A stretch of 64,000 nt of DNA, taken from Methanobacteriota archaeon. GTDB taxonomy: Archaea; Halobacteriota; Bog-38; Methanoflorentales; Methanoflorentaceae. The DNA lies in contig OY970393.1 in assembly GCA_963720465.1 (NCBI GenBank), positions 704,001-768,000 of the forward strand, written 5' to 3'. The notes under the pieces are model-generated. The model made no database searches. It was not told where the DNA came from and saw only the letters and a list, made by a program, of their open reading frames with translations. Position numbers and translations under genes: made by a program. This document shows positions 1 to 11,107 of the stretch, in pieces. The stretch's first letter is position 1, and each line of letters starts with the position of its first letter.

Positions 1-191
1 AGGAGCAAAAATGCTGTGAAAACCAAAATAAGCGCAACATAATAGAGCGGATTGAACACGGATTGTGGATTGTTGAACGCTTTGATGTCCGATGCTTGAA
101 ACGGGTTAGCCAATAGAAGCGCGATAACCTGGATTGCGATGATGAAGAGCACCATGGTAAACGGCGAAATGCGCTTCAGTATATCATTCAC
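1..191 (-). CDS. Presenilin-family intramembrane aspartyl protease (PSH), N-terminal part; runs off the window edge
   Basis: Manual minus-strand translation ...IQVIALLLANPFQASDIKAFNNPQSVFNPLYYVALILVFTAFLL matches the archaeal PSH N-terminus. Divergent from fen. Start codon uncertain. Confidence 0.65.
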   Translation of the reverse strand, partial: MNDILKRISPFTMVLFIIAIQVIALLLANPFQASDIKAFNNPQSVFNPLYYVALILVFTAFLL

Positions 192-506
192 GAAAAGAAA
201 CCCCCAAACCACCGACTGCTACAAACTTGATCGCCAAAATCAGCACAATGTGGCCCCACTTCTACCGTGGCCGTATGCGCTTCTGATATATAGAGTTGCG
301 CGCACCAGGCGTCCTCTTGGCTTTGGAACTCGAGAACGCGATGGAAGGATCCGTGAAGCGCGAGGAGGAAACTAATAAACGTAAGATAGAGACGACTGCT
401 GCTTAATGTGAGGCGTTATCTTTCACTAGTTGGGTTCGGCAAAGTTTATCCTTACGTAGGTTTAATGTGGCAGTTCGCATAGCAACAAATGCACTGAGTT
501 GATAAC

Positions 507-1511
507 ATGGGGGTTCCAATCGGAGAGCTTCTTCCGCGGACCAAGATAGACCTTGAACATATCGACACTGTCGCCATTGACGCGTACAATGCGATATACC
601 AGTTCTTAAGCATCATTCGACAGAGGGACGGGACGCCCTTGATGGATAGTACTGGGAGGGTTACCTCTCACCTCTCGGGGCTGTTTTATCGAACCGCCAA
701 CATCATAGAAGCCGGAGTCCGCCCAGTCTACGTTTTTGACGGCGAACCGCCAGAAATGAAAAAGGACACCGTGATTAGGCGTAGGGAAACGCGCGAGCGT
801 GCGACGCAAGAATGGGTACAGGCTCGAGCAGAGGGAAGAGCAGACGCTTTTAAATACGCTCAAGCGTCGGCTCGAATTGATAACCAAGTGCTTGAGAGCT
901 CAGTTGCCTTGCTACGTTACCTAGGGATCCCCGTAGTTCTTGCTCCGAGCGAAGGAGAAGCACAAGCGGCGTATATGACAATCAAAGGAGACGTCTCGTA
1001 CACCGGATCTCAAGACGCGGACGCGCTGCTTTTTGGCACACCTCGGCTAGTCAGAAACCTCACCATAACTGGACGGCGCAAACTGCCGGGCAAGAATGTT
1101 TACGTGAGTATCAGTCCTGAATTGTTCGAGCTCGACGACATTCTCTCCTCTTTGGAGATTACTCGAGAGCAGCTCATTGAGGTCGGCATCCTTGTCGGCA
1201 CTGATTACAACAAAGGCGTAAAAGGGATCGGACCAAAAAAAGCCCTGAGAATGATTAAAAGCTTTGGCATTGCAGAAGCGCTGGATAACCTTGGAGCGAG
1301 CATTGACTATGGCCCTATCAAACAATTCTTCCTCGAGCCTGACGTTACTGACGAATATAGTTTAGCGTGGACCCCGCCAAACGAGCAAGAACTTTTCAGT
1401 TTCCTTTGCGACGAGCACGGTTTTTCGCGAGATAGGGTTGAAAACACGTTAAAGAGGATCGCTACCGCTCACCAGGGTGCAGATCAGAGGTCACTCGCCC
1501 AATGGCTGTGA
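507..1511 (+). CDS. fen: Flap endonuclease 1
   Basis: MGV start, DAYNAIYQFLSIIRQ, VFDG, APSEGEAQAAY, SQDAD, GTDYN-GVKGIGPKKA and C-terminal PIP box QRSLAQWL. Confidence 0.97.
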   Translation: MGVPIGELLPRTKIDLEHIDTVAIDAYNAIYQFLSIIRQRDGTPLMDSTGRVTSHLSGLFYRTANIIEAGVRPVYVFDGEPPEMKKDTVIRRRETRERATQEWVQARAEGRADAFKYAQASARIDNQVLESSVALLRYLGIPVVLAPSEGEAQAAYMTIKGDVSYTGSQDADALLFGTPRLVRNLTITGRRKLPGKNVYVSISPELFELDDILSSLEITREQLIEVGILVGTDYNKGVKGIGPKKALRMIKSFGIAEALDNLGASIDYGPIKQFFLEPDVTDEYSLAWTPPNEQELFSFLCDEHGFSRDRVENTLKRIATAHQGADQRSLAQWL

Positions 1512-1526
1512 AGCTAACCTGTGCGC

Positions 1527-2186
1527 TTAGAAACGGAAGCGATTCGCTCGCCCACTGTCACGCGCTTCACCAAACCCATATTCGCCGACAAGCAAGACGA
1601 AAGCAACGCCCCCGTGCGCTTCCTTAGTTATCTCGTGGTTCTTGCAAACTAAGTATAGTTCTTGGAGCTCTCTTCCCAACGGTATTACCATCCGACCCCC
1701 AGCTGTCAGCTGTGCAAGCAACGGAGGCGGAATGTCCGGAGCCGAACACGTCACAAGAATCCTGTCGAACGGAGCTTTTTCCGCGAACCCCAACGACCCG
1801 TCGCCAGTGTTAACGACCACATTCGAAGGCACACGCTTCCTCGCTTCTTGGGCTAACTGCTCAAATCTTTCAATCGTGTAAACAATTCCGTCTCCCACAA
1901 GCTGCGCTAGCACAGCAGCGTGATAACCCGAACCGGTTCCTACCTCAAGTACATTTGACGACGGCTCAACGCTGAGGAGGTCACACATTATAGCAACCAT
2001 ATGGGGAGCAGAAATCGTCTGCCCGTTTCCAATTGGCAGCGGCTCATCGTCGTATGCATAATTGCGCCAGTTGTGAGGGATATAATCTTCGCGCTTGACC
2101 GTGCTCATCGCGCTTACTACTCGCTCACTTATACCTCGGCGCTTTAAGCTCTGCAGCAGCGATATTCGTTCCGGCTCCAAGGACAT
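1527..2186 (-). CDS. pcm: Protein-L-isoaspartate O-methyltransferase
   Basis: AYDDEPLPIGNGQTISAPHMVA, VLEVGTGSGYHAA, GDGSLG, APFDRI. Start placed at MSLEPER. Confidence 0.95.
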   Translation of the reverse strand: MSLEPERISLLQSLKRRGISERVVSAMSTVKREDYIPHNWRNYAYDDEPLPIGNGQTISAPHMVAIMCDLLSVEPSSNVLEVGTGSGYHAAVLAQLVGDGIVYTIERFEQLAQEARKRVPSNVVVNTGDGSLGFAEKAPFDRILVTCSAPDIPPPLLAQLTAGGRMVIPLGRELQELYLVCKNHEITKEAHGGVAFVLLVGEYGFGEARDSGRANRFRF

Positions 2187-2193
2187 TGTTTGC

Positions 2194-2835
2194 TTACCGC
2201 CTGAACTCCGACTTGCGAGCTCTGGGGTGGGCTGACCTGTATCGCTCATTTCCCCTCGACCCTTTGACATAGACCCTCCCAACGTCTTTCGCCTTAGCGC
2301 TTTGCCCTGCGCGGTCAAGAACGGGCCCCCCCTTGACCTTAACCCGCGCAATTTTTCCAAGTTGTTCTTCGTGCCCGACGACAAATTCCTTTTCGCCGTC
2401 AAACGGCACTCTATGTGATCTTGTGATACCGCCTGTGTGAACCGCGACCTTAACGACTACCTTATCGATCTTTTGCGCCCAAACCGCTCTAATCGTCTCA
2501 GCCACAGCTTCAGTCGCTCGCACTCCGTCGCTAAGTTCAATGGCAGTGATCCGCACGGCGTCAATTGACCCATTTTCCACGATCATCTCGTCTCGCACGC
2601 GCAATCGCTCAACCACCCCCACCTCAAACCATCGCACGTATGATTGATCGTAATCGCTCACGACGACCTTGAGCCTCACCATCGGGGTGCGATCCGCTGG
2701 TTCAGCTTGATGCGTTACCTGGCACCTCGCGCAGCGAACCACGAGTTTCTTACCGCTGTGCAGGACTTCGTGCAGCACTTTTTTATCTGGCGAGCACGAG
2801 TAGCATTCAAGGTTGATCTCTTGACTCATCGCCAT
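2194..2835 (-). CDS. HVO_0476-family zinc-finger protein
   Basis: N-terminal CYSC...HEVL...VRCARCQVTH; conserved neighbour of pcm in Euryarchaeota. Confidence 0.75.
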   Translation of the reverse strand: MAMSQEINLECYSCSPDKKVLHEVLHSGKKLVVRCARCQVTHQAEPADRTPMVRLKVVVSDYDQSYVRWFEVGVVERLRVRDEMIVENGSIDAVRITAIELSDGVRATEAVAETIRAVWAQKIDKVVVKVAVHTGGITRSHRVPFDGEKEFVVGHEEQLGKIARVKVKGGPVLDRAGQSAKAKDVGRVYVKGSRGNERYRSAHPRARKSEFRR

Positions 2836-2872
2836 CAACCCATACTTGCACAGGGGAGTATAAATACAAGAC

Positions 2873-3295
2873 ATGACAAGCGACACTATCCGAGCCAAGG
2901 GCCATTGCAATATCACAGCGAGGCACAAAACGACCCTTCAAATCACCAAAGACGCACATATCTCAAAAAGGGCAGATTGTGTTGTCGGAGTTTTAGCCGA
3001 CAAAGCTTTAGGCGATCTGACCAGCGAAGTCAAAGCTGCCTTGAAGACCAACGCCGCTAAAGTCCGCCTTGAGATACACGCAGGACACGCGAGCGAAGCT
3101 ATCACAGGTTTCGGAAGCGCTCATTTAGCGCAATCCGATGCGAACGACATGGTTGTCAGAAAGAGTGGGTTCACCTCTGGGCGCACGCTTATGATCGGTG
3201 CAGACAAGGCAGCAGCGGATCTCGATCGCCGGTTTGTCGAAAAGTTGAAAAAGTCTGAGAACATACTTATAATTGTGGAAGTTGATTTTGAATAG
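2873..3295 (+). CDS. DUF371 protein
   Basis: GHCNITARHKTTLQITKD, ADCVVGV, MVVRKS, RTLMIGADKAAADLDR. Confidence 0.9.
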   Translation: MTSDTIRAKGHCNITARHKTTLQITKDAHISKRADCVVGVLADKALGDLTSEVKAALKTNAAKVRLEIHAGHASEAITGFGSAHLAQSDANDMVVRKSGFTSGRTLMIGADKAAADLDRRFVEKLKKSENILIIVEVDFE

Positions 3296-3436
3296 CACCA
3301 ATCGAGCGTGCAATTTGGATTTAGTGCAATTTTGCGAATCTTTGCCGATTATCAGCATATAGATAGGTTTAAATAGAAACGTAAAGAACTAGAGAGTGTT
3401 TACTGGTTTTTGTTTACTATTTGCTGAGGACTTAAA

Positions 3437-4072
3437 ATGACTAATGTCGATCACTATAAAGGCACGACTACAATAGGCATAGTCTGCAACGACGGTGTTG
3501 TGCTCGCATCAGAAAGCCGCGTGTCTATGGGCAATTTCATATCCAGCAAAGAAGGCAAGAAGATTTATCAGATTGATAATCTCGTCGGGATGACGATCGC
3601 TGGGGGCGTAGGCGATGCGCAGAGCCTTGTGCGTACCATAACTGTAGAGGCTAAATTATATAAGATGAGACAGGGCAAACCGATGACCGTCGGAGCAATA
3701 GCAACTTTGTTGTCAAACATTCTGAACAGCAACCGTTTCTACCCGTATTTTGTGCAGCTTATGATAGGCGGCTTCGATAAGAACGCCTCGTCGCTGTATT
3801 CTTTGGACGCCGTAGGAGGTCAAATTGAAGAGCGCTTGGCTACAGCGCAGGGATCGGGATCTCCAATAGCTTTCGGCGTCATCGAAGATCGATACAGCGA
3901 AGAGATCTCCGTCGAAGAGGGTGTAGACCTCGCTATTAGAGCGCTTTCGTCCGCAATGAAGAGGGATTCGGCTTCTGGCAACGACATGCGGATCGTGCGG
4001 ATCACTGCAAAGGGATATGCCGAAGTAAACAAGGATGAGATAGACAAAAGAAAAGCCGCTCTAGCAATCTAA
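3437..4072 (+). CDS. psmB: Proteasome beta subunit
   Basis: Propeptide followed by G|[21 protein letters not shown] and RDSASG. Confidence 0.97.
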   Translation: MTNVDHYKGTTTIGIVCNDGVVLASESRVSMGNFISSKEGKKIYQIDNLVGMTIAGGVGDAQSLVRTITVEAKLYKMRQGKPMTVGAIATLLSNILNSNRFYPYFVQLMIGGFDKNASSLYSLDAVGGQIEERLATAQGSGSPIAFGVIEDRYSEEISVEEGVDLAIRALSSAMKRDSASGNDMRIVRITAKGYAEVNKDEIDKRKAALAI

Positions 4073-4133
4073 ACAATCTGTTTCTTACCAACTTTTCTTT
4101 TCGTATTTTTTTTGTTTTTCTGGAAGTCGCACA

Positions 4134-6038
4134 ATGCCTGTTGAAGAAGCACTTATTGAGCTGACACAGCGTGTCAAAGAACGATTACCTTCTAACATCA
4201 AGATTACCGAACTTGAGTTTGAAGGGCCTGAAGTCGTGATCTACACTGACGATCCTAGGGCGTTCGCAGACAACGGAGAGATAGTTAAAAAACTCGCCCG
4301 AGAACTGCGTAAACGCATAGTAGTAAGGCCAGATCCCCGCGTTCTGGCAGACCCCGAAAAGTCAATAGAAGAAATAAGCGATATCGTGCCCGAAGAGGCG
4401 GGTATTACAAACCACTATTTTGACTTAGACACCGGTGAGATCGTTATTGAGGCCAAAAAACCGGGACTTGTAATCGGAAGGCACGGCGCCACACTCCGAG
4501 AGATTACAAAGCAAATAGGGTGGACGCCACGAGTGGTGCGAACCCCTCCAATCGAATCGGTTACTGTGAAGGAGATACGCCAGTACTTACGCTCTTTCAG
4601 CGACGAGCGTAAAGAGCTTCTTAAAGCGATGGGCCGAAAGATTCACAGGGAGATCACCTCGAAAGACCAATGGTTACGGGCGACTACTCTTGGCGGATGT
4701 CGTGAAGTCGGTAGAACCTCTTTTGTGCTCTCGACGCCTGAATCGAGGATACTAGTCGACTGCGGTGTTAACGTAGGATCGGAAGATAATGCAACGCCTT
4801 ATCTTTACGCGCCTGAAGTGAGCCCCCTCGACCAGATTGACGCAGTTGTCGTCACGCACGCACACCTCGATCACGCGGGGCTGGTTCCGCTCCTATTCAA
4901 GTACGGATATGAAGGTCCGATATATTGCACGCCGCCAACGCGTGACCTAATGTCGCTTCTACAACTCGACTACATTGATGTGGCTGCCCGCGAAGGCCAT
5001 AGGATCCCCTACGATTCAGCCAAGATACGGGAAGTCATAAAACACTCGATTGCATTGAACTATGGCGGAGTCACCGATATAGCCCCCGACGTACGACTGA
5101 CGTTCCACAATGCAGGACACATCCTAGGGTCATCCATAGCTCACTTTCACGTGGGTGAGGGGCTCTATAACGTCGCTTTCACTGGAGACTTCAAGTACGA
5201 ACAAACTAGGCTGTTTGACGCAGCAGTTAATAGCTTTCCAAGGCTCGAGGCGTTGATAATGGAGGCGACCTACGGAGGACCGCACGACCAAACGCCGTCG
5301 AGACGAGAGGCTGAAAACAAGCTGTACTCCATCATACGCCAAACGCTGTCAAAGGGCGGCAAAGTACTCATACCGGCGTTCGCAGTGGGACGAAGCCAAG
5401 AGGTTATGATCGTTCTCGAAGAGGGGATTCGCAAGAAGGTAATTGACGAAATACCTGTGTACCTCGACGGGATGATCTGGGAGGCGACCGCTATTCATAC
5501 GACGTACCCCGAGTACTTAAACAATGACTTGAGAAACATGATATTTCACGAGGGGATGAATCCGTTTCTCTCAGACAGTTTCGTGCGAGTAGAGCAAAAC
5601 ATGCGCGACGACATTGTGCGGGGAGAGCCGTGTGTAATTCTTGCGACGTCAGGCATGCTCAACAGTGGCCCCGTAATGGAGTATCTGAAAGCGCTTGGAC
5701 CACAGGAGAACAATACCTTAGTCTTTGTAGGGTATCAAGGAGAAGGGACGCTCGGGCGGCGCATACAGAAAGGGTGGAAAGAGCTGCCGATGTCAAACAA
5801 CGGCAAAACTGCGTCCATGCAAATGAATATGAATGTCGAGACGGTTGATGGATTCTCTGGACATTCGGACCGACAACAACTAATTGAGTACGTCAAGCGG
5901 CTAAACCCCCGGCCGGAAAAGATCGTAACAAGCCACGGCGAGGAAAACAAATGCATAGATTTGGCGAGCACCATATACAAGAAATTCAAGATTGAGACCA
6001 GAAGCCCTATGAATCTTGAAACCGTCCGATTTATGTGA
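4134..6038 (+). CDS. fttA: beta-CASP ribonuclease aCPSF1 (transcription termination factor FttA)
   Basis: N-terminal KH domains ([10 protein letters not shown]), [21 protein letters not shown]; conserved adjacency to psmB. Confidence 0.96.
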   Translation: MPVEEALIELTQRVKERLPSNIKITELEFEGPEVVIYTDDPRAFADNGEIVKKLARELRKRIVVRPDPRVLADPEKSIEEISDIVPEEAGITNHYFDLDTGEIVIEAKKPGLVIGRHGATLREITKQIGWTPRVVRTPPIESVTVKEIRQYLRSFSDERKELLKAMGRKIHREITSKDQWLRATTLGGCREVGRTSFVLSTPESRILVDCGVNVGSEDNATPYLYAPEVSPLDQIDAVVVTHAHLDHAGLVPLLFKYGYEGPIYCTPPTRDLMSLLQLDYIDVAAREGHRIPYDSAKIREVIKHSIALNYGGVTDIAPDVRLTFHNAGHILGSSIAHFHVGEGLYNVAFTGDFKYEQTRLFDAAVNSFPRLEALIMEATYGGPHDQTPSRREAENKLYSIIRQTLSKGGKVLIPAFAVGRSQEVMIVLEEGIRKKVIDEIPVYLDGMIWEATAIHTTYPEYLNNDLRNMIFHEGMNPFLSDSFVRVEQNMRDDIVRGEPCVILATSGMLNSGPVMEYLKALGPQENNTLVFVGYQGEGTLGRRIQKGWKELPMSNNGKTASMQMNMNVETVDGFSGHSDRQQLIEYVKRLNPRPEKIVTSHGEENKCIDLASTIYKKFKIETRSPMNLETVRFM

Positions 6039-6042
6039 CGCG

Positions 6043-6738
6043 TCAAGAAGTGTTATTGGCGCCGCAAGACGTCGCTTGGTAGTAGTCACACAAATCCGTA
6101 AGCGGGCACTTCCAGTGCTGCGGCCCCCGCGCGACGCATATTTCTCTGCCTAATCTAATTAGCGCTATATGGGCGAACTTTCGTTTTGCAGGCGGTATTT
6201 CGCCTTCTAAAGCCATCTTAACTGCACCATAACCTCCTTTTTGCGGAGCCAGCCCGATACGTCGCGACACTCTAAAAACGTGCGTGTCGACGGGGATGAT
6301 TTCAAAATCGCGAGCAAAAAGAAGGACTACATCTGCCGTCTTTGGCCCAACGCCCGAGACTTTCTGGAGCCGTTCTCTAGCAGATTGATAGCTGCCACCG
6401 ATGAAAGACCAGGTATCGCCTTCGTATTTTTCTAGTATTTCACGTGTTACCGCGCGTATGCTTCTCGCTTTCGTCTCGTACAATCCCGCCTGCTTAATTG
6501 CGCGCTCTATGTCTTGAACATCTGCCAAAGAGACGGCCTCAACTGTTTGATATTTGGAAAGAAGACTCCGAAAGGCTGCTCGGGAATTCGCTGAAGAGGT
6601 ATTCTGGGATAAAATCGTCTCTGCGATTAACCAAAAAGGCTCGTTTTGTTCTCGCCAATAATCGTCGTCGAACTTAATGTTGCCGAACAGCGACTCGAGT
6701 CGCTGTATAACAAGCTCTCCTTTCGTGACACTAGCCAT
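6043..6738 (-). CDS. nth: Endonuclease III (HhH-GPD DNA glycosylase)
   Basis: ILSQNT, GVGPKTA, PVDTHVFRVSRRIG and C-terminal C...HWKCPLTDLC cluster motif (second Cys replaced). Confidence 0.9.
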   Translation of the reverse strand: MASVTKGELVIQRLESLFGNIKFDDDYWREQNEPFWLIAETILSQNTSSANSRAAFRSLLSKYQTVEAVSLADVQDIERAIKQAGLYETKARSIRAVTREILEKYEGDTWSFIGGSYQSARERLQKVSGVGPKTADVVLLFARDFEIIPVDTHVFRVSRRIGLAPQKGGYGAVKMALEGEIPPAKRKFAHIALIRLGREICVARGPQHWKCPLTDLCDYYQATSCGANNTS

Positions 6739-6810
6739 GGTTATCTCGGAACATGTTAGCTGAATGCCTTTAAATTACTTCTAAGCATCTATGGGGGCCT
6801 GCTAAAGCAC

Positions 6811-6858
6811 TCGCCTTCGTACGGCGGAGGTCGCGGGTTCGAATCCGACCGAGCGCAT
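6811..6858 (+). mobile_element. tRNA-derived att-like site A (degenerate tRNA-Val 3' half) at the left edge of the accessory region
   Basis: TCGCC-TTCGTAC-GGCGG AGGTC GCGGG-TTCGAAT-CCGAC CGAGCGCA gives anticodon arm, T arm and acceptor 3' strand. No D arm. The upstream GCTAAAGC matches the sequence before the site at 25533. Confidence 0.75.
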
Positions 6859-6909
6859 TGATCTCTTTTTGCGAGGCTGAAGCGGTCGTCGGAAAAAGAA
6901 TTGCACAAA

Positions 6910-7401
6910 TCACGTGTCACGGGCTTCTTTTTCCTCCGAGGCAGGGGAGAATTCACTCTCGCTCATCAACTTCGCGCGATAGCGCTTCTCCGCTTCCTCC
7001 TCTACCTTAAACTGAAGCTCGAGGAAGTCAGTAATGACTTGCCCTGCTTGCGGGTCCCCGCTACAGATGTCAAATATTACCTCGTGTTCTCTCTGGATCT
7101 TTTCCCAGTCCTTAGCTTGCGCCTTTGCCGCTTCCACGAGCGGAAGGATTCCAACGCCCTTTGCCGCGATATATGCCAAAGCTCGGCCCTTAGCCACGTC
7201 TTGACTTTTCGTGGCATTGCGGACAAGAGATACTGCCTCCTCGAAGATTGTGACCACGTCACTCGGTCCTTCAAGGCGAATAGGGCTCAAGATAGGCGCT
7301 GCATTCTCGGCGTCTGCCTGACGCTGCGCTTGGCGCTTCTCCAGCCTGCTAATCTTCGATTCGTGTTGCTTTGTGCTAATCCTCGATCCATATTGGCTCA
7401 T
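6910..7401 (-). CDS. Hypothetical helical protein (mobile-element type)
   Basis: 163-aa ORF translationally coupled (ATGA overlap) to the upstream ORF. Confidence 0.6.
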   Translation of the reverse strand: MSQYGSRISTKQHESKISRLEKRQAQRQADAENAAPILSPIRLEGPSDVVTIFEEAVSLVRNATKSQDVAKGRALAYIAAKGVGILPLVEAAKAQAKDWEKIQREHEVIFDICSGDPQAGQVITDFLELQFKVEEEAEKRYRAKLMSESEFSPASEEKEARDT

Positions 7402-7703
7402 TTAGATTGCTCCTCGAGCGCGGCTATCCGCTGTCCTTGATTCGTGATCTCAACGACCCGGAGGCCGATTTCCACGGCCCGTAACTTGATTCTCAACTTG
7501 GCCTCAAGGGCCAGCAAAGAGCCATCGGCGTTTCGCGCCTCGGCGACGACCTCGTTGACGAGGCCGCGAAAATCTTCAGCAGTCTCAAGTTGACGCGCGG
7601 TTAGCCGTGTGTCAATACTTTTTTTCGTCAATCCCTGGGCCCGTTGCATCCGCTTGTATGCCTTGTTATATTCGCGACGTCGTTCGGGGTTTGCGTAGGG
7701 CAT
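7398..7703 (-). CDS. Hypothetical basic protein (virus/plasmid type)
   Basis: MPYANPERRREYNKAYKR N-terminus; GAGG upstream; operon-like packing. Confidence 0.6.
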   Translation of the reverse strand: MPYANPERRREYNKAYKRMQRAQGLTKKSIDTRLTARQLETAEDFRGLVNEVVAEARNADGSLLALEAKLRIKLRAVEIGLRVVEITNQGQRIAALEEQSK

Positions 7704-8259
7704 TTACTGATCGCCTCGCTCTGTTCTTACTCCTATTCTTTCAAAACACGCTCCTTCCAGACCGAGCCCTTGGACGTCGGTGGATCTCCACAAGGGAGGG
7801 ACAAGTTCGTCGATCGTAACCGACGTGGTATTCTTATGTTGTTGTAGCATGTTAACACCACTCATGGATTCAGCAAAGCGGGTATATATACCCCATGACG
7901 CGAAAACGCCATATTGGGCTCCGTTCATTTTTTTTATAAAAAACTGCTAACCACTGGGTCAACTGCTTCATGCACGCAGCCAAAACGACGTTGCGGGGGC
8001 GGCTTGTTCACCTTTTAAAAAAATGTGGCAATCTTAACCAACGGCCGAGCGGCACACTTTCGGCACGCGCTCAGGAGACATTCATTAGTCGCCGGTCGTT
8101 GATAACAATACTAAATGGCAGCACGATTCTTGGCACAGCATCTTCTGTGCAGAATTTGAAAGAAATTCAAATTAAACAAATAGCAAGGAATAACTAGACT
8201 GCATATTGTTATCAATTTGTCTAATTTACAATGCGCACTGGATCGTTACAGGTCTTCAA

Positions 8260-8796
8260 ATGAAGAAGGAAACTTCACAAGTCGCTGGCGAGCTCATCGA
8301 ACGCCTAGACTCCCACTTAGACGACGAGAGGATAGGCAACCCCTTTTTCCCTGAACGAGGGGTACAGCCTTTCCCACTCACGCCTAGCGGATTCAAGATC
8401 ATCCAACGCCTCGATTCCGACAAAAAAACGGCGTTCGTTGATGGCGGCAATCAAGAGATACTAGGAGCGCCCAACTTTTCTGTCCAACTCAACCGGGTCT
8501 ATTTTGGCGTTTGGAACGGAAACACAAGGATACCCGAAAGGTCCATCCCCAAGCGGGTCGAGTTCTTCGCAGCGACGTTCTCCGACTTTACCGAGGATTT
8601 GAAGAACATGACTATTCCAACGTTGGTCGTACACGGCGATGATGACCAGATAGTACCAATTCAAGCTGCGGCGTTGCGTACTGTTGAAATCGCGCCGCAG
8701 GCGACACTGAAGGTTTATCCGGGCGCACCGCACGGTCTGCCGACTGTCTGCCAAGATCAGTTGAACGCGGATCTGCTTGCCTTCATCAGGGCCTGA
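8260..8796 (+). pseudogene. Chimeric ORF: NurA-like nuclease N-terminus fused to a non-heme haloperoxidase (alpha/beta hydrolase) C-terminus
   Basis: [10 protein letters not shown]...FSVQLNRVY, then [39 protein letters not shown]. Confidence 0.7.
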
Positions 8797-8864
8797 TGAT
8801 ACTCAAGTACAAAGCGCTGAATTTTCACTTTTTTTCATTATTTTAGGAACACACATGCGCGGCG

Positions 8865-9842
8865 CTATCGAGTGTTGTGCGGTGCACCCAGGTAGGGGAA
8901 TTCATGCAGCAGGTCAGTGTGCGGTCCACACTTGTCCGATGTCAACTTGCCATTGTACACGGTCAGAAAGAGGTCTTTCGAATCATCCGTGGGCACGCGC
9001 CCGTTTCCGGGATAAGCCGCGCCCTTCTTGGGGTCGTACGGCAAGACGTCAGGCAACAGGCTTCTGGCCGCTGCCTGCGCCCCTTCTGGGGTGTATCCGC
9101 CGGTATGCTCCAAGACATGCGTGAACATAGCCACGAATCTCTCGTCCTGCGCCGGCTCGCCTTCGAGGTACGCCTCTTTTTCGGCGTCAGTCATGAAGGG
9201 AGTCTGTGTGGGCCGCGCCCCGCGATCGGCTTGCGCCCAGCTACCGTTAACTTGCAAGAGGGACCGGCCCCACAGGTTCACCTTCACTCCGCCGCCAAGG
9301 GCGCTAAGGGGCAGCTCCAAGGCTATGCTGCAAACATCCTTGTCAGCGAACCAGTCCGTCCCTGTGAACTGCATGTTGTTCTGAGCTCCAGCCAGGTCGA
9401 AGAAGAACGGGTCGCTTCGCCAGCCGACAAACATGCGATACGCTCCAGACTCCGTTATCTGCGCCTCGCGACCCATCGAGACGGGCGCTCCCTGAAAGAT
9501 GACTTTTCCCTCCTCGCCTCTGCCGGCGGCCTCGGTCCCCTCCGCGCGACGCACGGTCGCGGTCATTGCATTATTGCCACTGCGGAAGAAGCGCACTCGA
9601 TAAGCGATGTCCGCGACTAGGTCCCCGTTCGTATCGACTCTTAGCTCATAGAGACCCCCCGGCGCGAAAGGTTCAGCGGTTGTTGGTCCAGGTGGATTTA
9701 GCCCAAATGAAGGATGCACGTCCATAATGACAATCGACTTGCTGGCATCATCGGGTTTGGGGAACGCGAAAAGGTCAGTGAGGTCCAAGCGGGCGTCTCC
9801 CCGCGCAAAGCCGAAATTCGGTCCAGAAAAATGGTGTGTCAT
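8865..9842 (-). CDS. DUF4331 family protein
   Basis: HHFSG..DARLDLTDLFAF, FVGWRSDPFFFD, YPGNGR.PTDD, FPYLGAPH. Confidence 0.85.
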   Translation of the reverse strand: MTHHFSGPNFGFARGDARLDLTDLFAFPKPDDASKSIVIMDVHPSFGLNPPGPTTAEPFAPGGLYELRVDTNGDLVADIAYRVRFFRSGNNAMTATVRRAEGTEAAGRGEEGKVIFQGAPVSMGREAQITESGAYRMFVGWRSDPFFFDLAGAQNNMQFTGTDWFADKDVCSIALELPLSALGGGVKVNLWGRSLLQVNGSWAQADRGARPTQTPFMTDAEKEAYLEGEPAQDERFVAMFTHVLEHTGGYTPEGAQAAARSLLPDVLPYDPKKGAAYPGNGRVPTDDSKDLFLTVYNGKLTSDKCGPHTDLLHEFPYLGAPHNTR

Positions 9843-10064
9843 TTTCTTAACCCCTTAAGATACTATTTTTTCCTCCGTGGCACGAGAGAGGTGCCCTATG
9901 TCAGCCCGTAGCTCTTGCTCATTCGGCTAAATGCCTTGTCCTGCGTATCCGTGATCCGGGTAGGGATTGAGCACTGTTCGAGTGGTTGCTCTAATTTGAC
10001 AGCGAAGAGAGGGAGAAGACGACGTTTACCGTGATGCGCCTTAGACGGCTGACTGATCTTTGAA

Positions 10065-10260
10065 TTATCCCGCGTTCAGGTTCACGTCTTTCCAGCACTT
10101 CATGTTAACATCATCAAGCGTGCTCCGACATGGGATGTTTGTAATGTGACTAGTCAACGCTGGACACGCCGTGAGTAAGGATGTAGGCTCGATTTGACTG
10201 ATCCCAGCCGATTATATCGCCGTGTAGCTCGGCAAATTTTCTTAGATCTCCGAGAACGAA
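10065..10260 (-). pseudogene. Tyrosine recombinase C-terminal remnant (copy B)
   Basis: Manual translation FVLGDLRKFAELHGDIIGWDQSNRAYILTHGVSSVD*SHYKHP; homologous to the copies ending at 36648 and 44834. Confidence 0.9.
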
Positions 10261-10465
10261 AGCACGTGTTCCGTTTACCCCCCCTCATCTCCTAGCTCGT
10301 TATTTCTTTTTTCGATTTGCTTAGATTTTTGGGCCCGTTCACCAGCTGACGCAGAAGTCATAGAGTGACGGCCTTGGAGCTGCCGGTAGGACAGACTAAC
10401 TCGACTGCTAAACTATGCAGACCTGGACTCAGGAGACCATATCCTTCACTTGCTAAGAGTGGGGG

Positions 10466-11107
10466 CTATAATGTCGGGATGCGCTGCGTGAGTTCGGCCC
10501 AGTCGCTGCCGATGGCGTTTTTGATGAGCTCCTTTGTTGAGGCGAAGACAGGCTCAGGCATCATCATTTGATATATGTGTACCATAGTCTCACGATCGTC
10601 CAGTCCCAGCAGCGGAAACAGCCACGCAACCAGTTCCGAGAATCGTTCCTGCGGAACCTTGCTTACCATGATGCCAATAGCCTTCCCTTGCTCGGGTAAG
10701 GAGACTCGTTCCTTGAAAATCCGGTAGTGGGTATCCTCCTTATCCAGGTGGATATCGAGATGAAAACGGAACGCAGCGGTGGCCCGGGCGGTTGCTAACG
10801 GGTCGTGTGAAGCATAGGACCTACTCAACTCGTCAAATGCTGCATCCAAACCACGATGGTCCTTCACATAGGCTTCAGCAACCAACGGGGCGACATCTTC
10901 AAGTCGGGGGAACACAGCCTCCTCTTCGCCGTCTGCGTGCCAGACCAATACTTCGTTGAAGAAGCGGAAACGCTCGACGGTGGCGGCAAGACCCTCCTTT
11001 CCCCGTGCTGCGTCCAGCGCTGCAGCATCGATACGCTCCATGTCATTCCTGAGCGCATTGTGAGAAACCCGTATCACATCGAGTGGTTGAGTCATGATCG
11101 TTGCCAC
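10466..11107 (-). CDS. Hemerythrin/HHE domain protein
   Basis: HNALR..HADGEEEAVFP..DH..HLDKED. Confidence 0.85.
   Translation of the reverse strand: MATIMTQPLDVIRVSHNALRNDMERIDAAALDAARGKEGLAATVERFRFFNEVLVWHADGEEEAVFPRLEDVAPLVAEAYVKDHRGLDAAFDELSRSYASHDPLATARATAAFRFHLDIHLDKEDTHYRIFKERVSLPEQGKAIGIMVSKVPQERFSELVAWLFPLLGLDDRETMVHIYQMMMPEPVFASTKELIKNAIGSDWAELTQRIPTL

Noticed and set aside
6790-6860. Intact tRNA gene (Thr-CGT or Val)
   Set aside because: There is no D arm and no acceptor 5' strand pairing with CGAGCGC, and the T stem is mismatched. Treated as an att remnant.
8877-9620. Long antisense ORFs (also 37453-37980, 35050-35583, 41633-42079)
   Set aside because: These are shadow frames of well-supported genes on the opposite strand.
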